From contig JAYKHR010000075.1 of NCBI GenBank assembly GCA_035285125.1, positions 1 through 11,379 of the forward strand: DNA of 11,379 nt. The letters run 5' to 3'. Shown here piece after piece: positions 5,864 to 11,379 of this stretch (positions are counted from its first letter, which is position 1; every line of letters begins with the position of its first letter). A program made the translations under genes and the position numbers. This stretch comes from Candidatus Sericytochromatia bacterium. Its GTDB lineage: Bacteria > Cyanobacteriota > Sericytochromatia > S15B-MN24 > JAQBPE01. Under the pieces are notes generated by a model that had not been told where the DNA came from, did not search any database, and saw only the letters and a program-made list of their open reading frames with translations.

Positions 5864-7308
5864 GGGCAGCGCTGCGAGGCCCGCTCGCAGGTGCGATGTG
5901 GCTGGCCTTGGTGGTTGGCTGCAACGCGGACCGACCGGGCCAGGGCCTCCCGCCCTTCGTGCTGCCGGTGGCGCGGGAAGGCCCCGAGGCGGCCTCCCCC
6001 GCGTCTGTAAACAACGCGTCTGGCGGTAAAACAGCTCGGCCCGGCGAGGCCCAGCCGGGTCCGGCCGGGCCCGGCGAGCCGCGCCTGCCGGTTGCGCCGA
6101 CAGGCGGCGGCAGGGGGGGCCAAGCCGCCCCCCGCGAGACCTCGCCCCCCGCCCCCGACGGGGTCACCACGCCCGGCACCGTGCTCCTCGACGGGGCGGA
6201 GGGCGTGCGCCCGGTGCCCGGGGCGATCGTCTACACCAGCGACGGCCGCACCGCACAGACGGACGAGGCCGGCCAGTTCGCGCTGCCCGGCCCGCCCCCG
6301 GCGGACGGGACCTGGGTGGCGGCAGCCCCAGGCCTCATCACCTCCGCCGTGACGGGCCTGGCCGCCCCACCGACGCTGCACCTGCGGGAGCAGGCCCCGA
6401 CCCGCGTGCAGCCGGACCGCGGCGCCCCCGAGACGCTGGAACTGCGCGGCGAGGTCCGCGATGCCGCCGGCAACCCGGCCCCCAACGTGCTGGTGCTGGT
6501 GGGCGGCGCCGAGCTGGTGGCCGGCATCCCGGTGCGGACGGACGGGCAGGGACGCTGGACGAGCCGCATGGTGGTGGCCGGGGGGCGCCTCGCCGCAGCC
6601 ACGGTGCTGGCCGTGGCGCTGGGGGGGCAGGGCGTGGGGCTCGTGCGCGGGGTGGCGGCCTCCGCCGCCACCCCGGACCTGGGCAGCCTCACGTTGGCGC
6701 CGACAACGCTGGCCGTCACGCTCGACCTCGACGCGGGCGGCGTGAGCCTGCCCACGCGGGTCGAGTTCCGGGCCGACGCGGGGGACGGGGTGTCGCTACC
6801 GCTGTTCGGTCCCGGCGCCACGCGCCACGCGGCCCGCCTCCCGGGGCTGCGAAACGCGCTGGAGGTCACGGCCGAGGACCCGACAGGCTCGGCCCGCAGC
6901 GAGATCCGGCGGCCGGACGTCCCGCTCGACTGGCAGCAGGCCACCGCCACCGTGCGGGAGGCGCTGCTGCCCGTGCCGCGCCTGGCTGCGCCCCTGACCA
7001 CGCTCCTGCCGGGGCAGGAGGTGGCCTGGCAGCCAGTGCCCGGGGCGGCCGGCTACGTGCTCGAGGTGCAGCCCGTCGAGGCCGTGCCCGACCTGCCCTG
7101 GGAGGCCTTCACGACGGCCACCCGGCTGCCCTTCCTCTGGCGCGGCGGCGCCTGGCCCGGCGGGCCCCTCAGCGTGACGGTGCGGGCGCTCGACGCCCCC
7201 GGCCTGAGCACGCGGACCCTGGCCGCGCTGGCGCCCCGCCGGCTGCGCAGCTGGCAATCGGGCGCCGGGTGGCGGGCCTCCGTCCGCCGCGTGCAGGTGG
7301 TGCGCTGA
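5860..7308 (+). CDS. Predicted lipoprotein with carboxypeptidase-regulatory-like (transthyretin-like) domains and a C-terminal FN3-like module, 482 aa
   Basis: The GTG start overlaps the upstream TGA (GTGA, 5860-5863). Lipobox LVVG-C21, then a Pro/Gly linker. Motifs PVPGAIV..TDEAGQFAL and LRGEVRDAAGNPAPNVLV..TDGQGRW, plus FN3-like WQPVPGAAGYVLEV. Confidence 0.75.
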   Translation: MRAALRGPLAGAMWLALVVGCNADRPGQGLPPFVLPVAREGPEAASPASVNNASGGKTARPGEAQPGPAGPGEPRLPVAPTGGGRGGQAAPRETSPPAPDGVTTPGTVLLDGAEGVRPVPGAIVYTSDGRTAQTDEAGQFALPGPPPADGTWVAAAPGLITSAVTGLAAPPTLHLREQAPTRVQPDRGAPETLELRGEVRDAAGNPAPNVLVLVGGAELVAGIPVRTDGQGRWTSRMVVAGGRLAAATVLAVALGGQGVGLVRGVAASAATPDLGSLTLAPTTLAVTLDLDAGGVSLPTRVEFRADAGDGVSLPLFGPGATRHAARLPGLRNALEVTAEDPTGSARSEIRRPDVPLDWQQATATVREALLPVPRLAAPLTTLLPGQEVAWQPVPGAAGYVLEVQPVEAVPDLPWEAFTTATRLPFLWRGGAWPGGPLSVTVRALDAPGLSTRTLAALAPRRLRSWQSGAGWRASVRRVQVVR

Positions 7309-7335
7309 GGCACGGCCCCGGCGCCGGCAGCGGCG

Positions 7336-7341
7336 TATAAT
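7336..7341 (+). promoter_or_regulatory. Perfect -10 hexamer; possible internal promoter for the 7372 gene
   Basis: TATAAT in an otherwise very GC-rich 63-nt intergenic gap, 30 nt before ATG 7372. No -35 at canonical spacing. Confidence 0.5.
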
Positions 7342-7371
7342 GGGCCTGCCCCCCGCCCGCTGCAGCCCCCG

Positions 7372-8721
7372 ATGCCCCGGCCTTCCCCCCACCTCCGCGG
7401 CGCCTGCCTGCTCGCGACCTTGCTCGCCGCAGCCTGTGGCCCCACACCGCTGCCTCCGCCGTCCATCCCGTCGTTTCGGCTGGACCCGGCCCTGAGCACG
7501 CCGCTGCCCACGCCCACGCCGGCCCCCACGCCCACGCCCACCCCGACGCCCACCCCGACGCCCACGCCCACGCCCCTCGTCACGGGCCAGGTCTTCAGCT
7601 TCGTGGGGGGCCTGGACCAGCCCCTCGGCGGCGCCCGCGTGGCGACGACGGACGGGCGGGCCGCCACGAGCGACGCGGCCGGGCGCTTCGAGCTGACGGG
7701 CACGCCCCCCGCCGACGGGACCTACCTGTTGAGCGCCCCCGGCCACGTCTCCGCGACGCTCACGCGCGTCGAGGGAGCGCCCCTGGTGCTGCGCACCCAG
7801 CCCGTGTCCCCACCGGCCCCCGCCAAGGCACCGATCGTGGTGACGGGCCGCGTGGCCACCCCGGAGGGCGCCGGGCGGGCGGGGGTGGTGGTGGCGCTCG
7901 CCGACGGCCGGGGCACGACGGGCAACCCGGCCACGACCGAGGCAGACGGTCGCTTCTCGCTGGTGGTGATGGCGCCCGAGCGCCGCATCGAGCGTGGCTC
8001 GCTGGTCGCCGTGGACGGCCGGCGGCGCTACGTGGGCCTGCTGGACGGCGTGCAGCTGCAGGGCACGACGGGCGCGCTCGACGGCCGGCCCGGCACGCCG
8101 GCGCTCGACCCGATAAGGCTCGTGGAGGCGGACCACGAGGTCAGGCTCAGCATCGACGGGCGCGCGGCCCCCTTCCCCTTCAGCGCCTACCTCGACCTCG
8201 TCGGCCCGAGCGGCGCAAGCCTGCCCGTGACGCCGGACAACGGGCGCTACATGGTGGCCCGCATCGAGGGGGCCCGCTACGAGCTCCGGATCGAGGCGAG
8301 CAGTGGTGATCGCGCCGTGACCACCGTGTCGCGGGTGCGGGACGTGCCGCTCACGTGGGAGGCCGGCTTCAGCGTCACGGGCGACACCCTGCTCGCGCCC
8401 CCGGCCTTCGCCGACCAGCAGGCCTTCTCGCCAGGCCAGATGCTGCGCTGGGGGGCGATCGAAGGCGCCAAGGCCTACGAGCTGGAGCTCACGAATGGCA
8501 CGACCTACACCTGGCGCACGCTGACCACCACCAACGAGGCGCCCTTCCTGTTCCCGGAGGGCACCCCCCCGCCCGGCACCTACGCCCTCACGCTCACGGC
8601 CTGGGACGCGCCGGACCTGCCCGCCGCCACGCAGGCCAGGCCCGGCCGCCCCGTGCCCACGCGCTACGAGCCCACCGGGCGCTACCGCAAGGCGACGCGG
8701 CGCGTGACGATCACGCTGTGA
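7372..8721 (+). CDS. Predicted lipoprotein, paralog of 5860-7308, with Pro-Thr linker, 449 aa
   Basis: Lipobox LLAAA-C and a (PT)n linker. Motifs VTGQV..PLGGARV..SDAAGRFEL and VTGRV..AGVVV..TEADGRFSL, plus FN3-like WGAIEGAKAYELEL..PPGTYALTLTAWD. Collinear similarity to the upstream gene. Confidence 0.8.
   Translation: MPRPSPHLRGACLLATLLAAACGPTPLPPPSIPSFRLDPALSTPLPTPTPAPTPTPTPTPTPTPTPTPLVTGQVFSFVGGLDQPLGGARVATTDGRAATSDAAGRFELTGTPPADGTYLLSAPGHVSATLTRVEGAPLVLRTQPVSPPAPAKAPIVVTGRVATPEGAGRAGVVVALADGRGTTGNPATTEADGRFSLVVMAPERRIERGSLVAVDGRRRYVGLLDGVQLQGTTGALDGRPGTPALDPIRLVEADHEVRLSIDGRAAPFPFSAYLDLVGPSGASLPVTPDNGRYMVARIEGARYELRIEASSGDRAVTTVSRVRDVPLTWEAGFSVTGDTLLAPPAFADQQAFSPGQMLRWGAIEGAKAYELELTNGTTYTWRTLTTTNEAPFLFPEGTPPPGTYALTLTAWDAPDLPAATQARPGRPVPTRYEPTGRYRKATRRVTITL
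7507..7575 (+). repeat. Coding hexanucleotide repeat encoding a Pro-Thr linker
   Basis: Tandem CCCACG/CCGACG/CCCACC units encoding PTPTPAPTPTPTPTPTPTPTPTP. Confidence 0.9.
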
Positions 8722-8736
8722 CGGCCGGCCGGGCGC

Positions 8737-9012
8737 TCAGCCCGGCTGCTTCATGTCGGCCTTGAGCGCGTCGATCACGGGGCCCATCGTCGCCTCGAGC
8801 TCGCGCGCGGCGGGGATCTCGCTCGAGGCCAGCAGGGCACGCTGGGCGTCGGCGATCGCCGTGCCGATCGCCATCACCTCCGCCGGCGTGTAGGCCTCGC
8901 GCATCGGGAGGTCGAGGTGCGTCAGCACCGTGGCGAGCAGCTCGGCAGCCTTGTCGGGCTCGATCAGGGCCGTGAGGCGCTCGAGGATGGCGGTGACGGG
9001 GATCTCGGCCAT
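8737..9012 (-). CDS. Hypothetical small acidic helical protein, 91 aa
   Basis: ATG 9012 with GGAG 7 nt upstream. The sequence MAEIPVTAILERLTALIEPDKAAELL... has GC-ending codons and lacks the Arg/Pro/Gly bias of shadow ORFs. No recognised motif. Confidence 0.75.
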   Translation of the reverse strand: MAEIPVTAILERLTALIEPDKAAELLATVLTHLDLPMREAYTPAEVMAIGTAIADAQRALLASSEIPAARELEATMGPVIDALKADMKQPG

Positions 9013-9041
9013 GGGCACGCTCCGCAACAAGGGGATGCCCC

Positions 9042-9047
9042 ATCATA
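9042..9047 (-). promoter_or_regulatory. Candidate -10 element for the 91-aa gene
   Basis: TATGAT on the minus strand, 29 nt upstream of ATG 9012. No recognisable -35. Confidence 0.35.
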
Positions 9048-9088
9048 GCGCGACGGGGCCGACGGCACACAGGGCAGCCAGCGCCGTC

Positions 9089-9127
9089 GCGTCGCGGGGC
9101 GCCACCAGACGAGACGCCCCGCGACGC
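9089..9127 (-). terminator. Strong hairpin downstream of etfA (possible terminator or 3' stabiliser, no U-tract)
   Basis: GCGTCGCGGGGCG (9089-9101) and CGCCCCGCGACGC (9115-9127) form a perfect 13-bp stem. On the minus strand it extends by a U-G and a C-G pair. Confidence 0.45.
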
Positions 9128-9175
9128 CAGGGCCCCCAGCGCGAAGGTCAAATGCGCTCGGCCAGCATCGCAGGC

Positions 9176-9193
9176 CCTGACGGCGCCGTCAGG
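9176..9193. repeat. Perfect 18-bp palindrome overlapping the etfA stop codon
   Basis: CCTGACGGCGCCGTCAGG equals its own reverse complement. Confidence 0.7.
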
Positions 9194-10256
9194 CCCCGGA
9201 GCCGACCGGCGCCCGGCGCGCGCGCGCCGCCCGCAGCGCCTCGAGCAGGGCCGGCACCACCTGATGCAGGTCCCCCACCAGCGCGACGTCTGCCAGCCAC
9301 ACCAGGGGGGCGTCCGGGTTCTGGTTGATGGCGACGATGAGGCGGGCCTGCCGCATCGCGTCCGTGTGGTCCATCGAGCCGCCGACGCCGACGCCGACGT
9401 AGAGGTCGGGCGCGATGGTGGCCCCGCGCGCGGAGACCTCCGAGGCCGCCTCCACGTAGCCGGCCTCGATGGCCCCGCGCGTGCCGGCGACCTGCCCGCC
9501 GAGCGCCTCGGCGAGCTGCCGGAGCAGCGCAGCCCCCTCGGCCCCGCCGAGCCCCTTGCCCCCACACACCACGACGCGCGCCCGCTCGAGCGGCACGGCG
9601 GCAGGCGCGGGCTCGGTGCCGACCACCCGCACGCGCGGGCTCGCGGCCGTGATCCCGAGGCGCTCGACCTCGTAGCTCCGGCCGGCGTCGGGCTCCGCCT
9701 CGCGGAAGGCGTTGGGGTGGAGCGTGGCCATCTGCGGGCGGGCCTTGGGGATGGCCACGTCCGCCAGCGCCCGCCCGCCGAAGCTCTGCCGCGTGGCGAC
9801 GAGCAGCCGCTCGGCCTCGTCGATGTCGAGCGCCGTGCAGTCGGCCACCAGGCCGGTCTGCAGGCGCTCGGCGAGCCGGGGGGCGACCTCCCGCCCGAGC
9901 GCGCTGAAGGGCAAGAGCAGGATCTCAGGGCGGTGCTCGCCCACGAGCCCCGCAAGGGCCTCCACCCAGGCGTCGCCGCTGGGCTCCGCGAAACCGGCGT
10001 CGTCCGCCCAGCGCACCACGTCGGCGCCGAGGCGGCCGAGCGCCTCCGCCTCTGCCTCGCGGCCGCCGAGCAGCACGGCCTCCACGCGCGTGCCAAGGCG
10101 GTCGCCGAGCTCCCGGGCGCGCCCGAGCGCCTGCCGCGTGAGGCGCGTGACGCCCTGAGGCCCGGCCTCGGCCACCACCCAGATGCCCCGCCAGTCGGCG
10201 GCGCCCTCGTCGGGCATGTCGCCACCCATCAGGAATGCGAGATCGTCGAGATCCAT
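9189..10256 (-). CDS. etfA: Electron transfer flavoprotein alpha subunit (divergent FAD-binding motif), 355 aa
   Basis: The likely start is ATG 10256, 2 nt after the etfB stop, with GAGGTG upstream; the track's 614-aa ORF is over-extended. Motifs GIWVVAE, GREVAPRLAERLQTGLVADCTAL, RPQMAT, VVCGGKG, PDLYVGVG, IVAINQNPDAP, ADVALVGDL. Confidence 0.9.
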   Translation of the reverse strand: MDLDDLAFLMGGDMPDEGAADWRGIWVVAEAGPQGVTRLTRQALGRARELGDRLGTRVEAVLLGGREAEAEALGRLGADVVRWADDAGFAEPSGDAWVEALAGLVGEHRPEILLLPFSALGREVAPRLAERLQTGLVADCTALDIDEAERLLVATRQSFGGRALADVAIPKARPQMATLHPNAFREAEPDAGRSYEVERLGITAASPRVRVVGTEPAPAAVPLERARVVVCGGKGLGGAEGAALLRQLAEALGGQVAGTRGAIEAGYVEAASEVSARGATIAPDLYVGVGVGGSMDHTDAMRQARLIVAINQNPDAPLVWLADVALVGDLHQVVPALLEALRAARARRAPVGSGA

Positions 10257-10258
10257 GG

Positions 10259-11047
10259 CTACACCTCGATCATGTGCTTGCGGGCCAGACGCTCCAGCAG
10301 CCCCTGGGCCAGGGCCTCGGGGGTGCCCGTCAGGACCTCCCCCTGCGCCCGCTTCTCGGGCTTGTAGGCCCGCCGGACGGCCGTGTGGGAGCCCGCGGCC
10401 CCGACGGCCTCGGGCGAGAGCCCCACCTCCGCCAGGCTCCAGGTGGCGAGCGGCTTCTTGGCCGCCTTCATGACGCCCATCGCGTTGGGGATGCGCGGCT
10501 TCGGCCCGTCGAGCGAGGCCGTGAGCACCGCCGGGGTGGCGACCTCGACGCGCTCGCGCCGGCCCTCGCCGTTGCGCAGGGCCGTGACGGCCTCGCCTGC
10601 CAGGGTGGCCTCGACCACGCCCGTCACCACGGGCTGGCCGAGCGCCTCGGCGAGCCGCGGCGCAAGCTGCCCCGTGGCCCCGTCGCTGGAGGCCTCGCCC
10701 GTGAGCACGAGCCCCACGTCGGGCAGCCGGCGCAGCGCCGCGGCCAGCACGGCGGCCGTGGCGCCCGTGTCGGAGCCAGCCAGCGCGGCGTCGCTCACCA
10801 GCACGGCCTCGTCGGCCCCGGCGGCCAGCGCGTGCCGCAGGGCCTGGTCGGCGCCGGCAGGGCCCATCGCGAGCGCGACCAGCTTGCCGCCCGCGGCGGC
10901 CTTGAGGGCCAGCGCGAGCTCGAGGGCGTGGCGGTCGGCCATGTTCACGACGCCCTTGGCCTCGCCGCGTCGGGCGAAGCCGGTGTCCCGGTCGAGGGCG
11001 ACGGTCGCGGCCTCGGGGACCTGTTTGATGCAAACGACGATGTCCAT
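10259..11047 (-). CDS. etfB: Electron transfer flavoprotein beta subunit, 262 aa
   Basis: MDIVVCIKQVP, AMGP, ALAAGAD, AGSDTGATA, GEASSDGATGQ, PRIP..MKAAKKP. AAGGAG ribosome-binding site at 11058-11053. Confidence 0.95.
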   Translation of the reverse strand: MDIVVCIKQVPEAATVALDRDTGFARRGEAKGVVNMADRHALELALALKAAAGGKLVALAMGPAGADQALRHALAAGADEAVLVSDAALAGSDTGATAAVLAAALRRLPDVGLVLTGEASSDGATGQLAPRLAEALGQPVVTGVVEATLAGEAVTALRNGEGRRERVEVATPAVLTASLDGPKPRIPNAMGVMKAAKKPLATWSLAEVGLSPEAVGAAGSHTAVRRAYKPEKRAQGEVLTGTPEALAQGLLERLARKHMIEV

Positions 11048-11065
11048 GGGGACTCCTTCGAGGCG

Positions 11066-11095
11066 ACGGGGGCCAGCCTGGCGGCTGGCCCCCGT
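11066..11095 (-). other. Intercistronic stem-loop between acyl-CoA dehydrogenase and etfB
   Basis: ACGGGGGCCAGCC (11066-11078) and GGCTGGCCCCCGT (11083-11095) form a perfect 13-bp stem with a 4-nt loop and no U-tract. Confidence 0.7.
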
Positions 11096-11101
11096 GCCGA
11101 C

Positions 11102-11379
11102 CTACACGCGGGCCAGCTCCTTCTTCTTGTCCTTGAGCAGCTCGCGGGCGATGACGACCTTCTGGATCTCGTTGGTGCCCTCGAAGATCTCGAAGATGCG
11201 CGCGTCGCGGAACATGCGCTCGATGGGCAGCTCGGACGAGTAGCCCATGCCCCCGTGGATCTGGAGCGACTTGTTGATGATCCAGCTGGAGTGCTCGGTG
11301 CAGAAGAGCTTGATCATCGAGCCCTCCATCGTGATGTCCTCGCCCTGCTCCATCAGCCAGGCGGCGTGGTAGACCATCT
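11102..11379 (-). CDS. Acyl-CoA dehydrogenase, C-terminal fragment (start outside the window)
   Basis: SMIKLF, LQIHGGMGY and ERMFRDARIFEIFEGTNEIQKVVIA, with Glu at the MCAD/SCAD-type catalytic position. Directly upstream of etfBA. Confidence 0.95.
   Translation of the reverse strand, partial: MVYHAAWLMEQGEDITMEGSMIKLFCTEHSSWIINKSLQIHGGMGYSSELPIERMFRDARIFEIFEGTNEIQKVVIARELLKDKKKELARV

Noticed and set aside
6796..8136. Antisense ORFs with GR and GV repeats (6796-8136, 7053-7703)
   Set aside because: These are the reverse-strand readings of the Pro-Thr linker.
8728..8746. GCCGGGC/GCCCGGC hairpin between convergent genes as a terminator
   Set aside because: Short all-GC stem overlapping a stop codon with no U-tract; not distinguishable from background.
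3079..9060. Identical 12-mer CGCGACGGGGCC at 3079-3090 and 9049-9060, both upstream of minus-strand genes
   Set aside because: Almost all G/C and at different positions relative to promoter elements; plausible by chance at this GC content.
9189..11033. 614-aa ORF suggesting an EtfA fusion or programmed frameshift
   Set aside because: The extra N-terminal part is an off-frame reading of etfB. etfB ends normally at 10259 and etfA has its own SD and ATG at 10256.

Overview
Very GC-rich bacterial chromosomal window with no rRNA, tRNA, CRISPR array or mobile-element gene that I can support. It has four blocks. (1) A divergent putative zinc-uptake pair: a partial minus-strand outer-membrane receptor gene (1-819, missing from the ORF track because it runs off the edge) and a ZIP-family transporter with an atypical Cys-containing metal site. 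Each has a sigma70-like promoter, each has a candidate Zur/Fur-type site nearby, and a 117-nt imperfect inverted repeat lies between them. (2) A peptidoglycan-binding M15-family (VanY-like) peptidase without an obvious signal peptide. (3) Three co-oriented predicted lipoproteins: an 872-aa Thr-rich protein with a DNRLRE-like domain and two tandem paralogs with carboxypeptidase-regulatory-like and FN3-like modules. (4) A small hypothetical gene downstream of an acyl-CoA dehydrogenase-etfB-etfA operon whose EtfA has a degenerate FAD-binding motif. Family calls come from motif recognition by eye, not database searches. I cannot show that any system here is new. The best candidates are the variant ZIP locus with its structured intergenic region, the degenerate EtfA and the lipoprotein trio.
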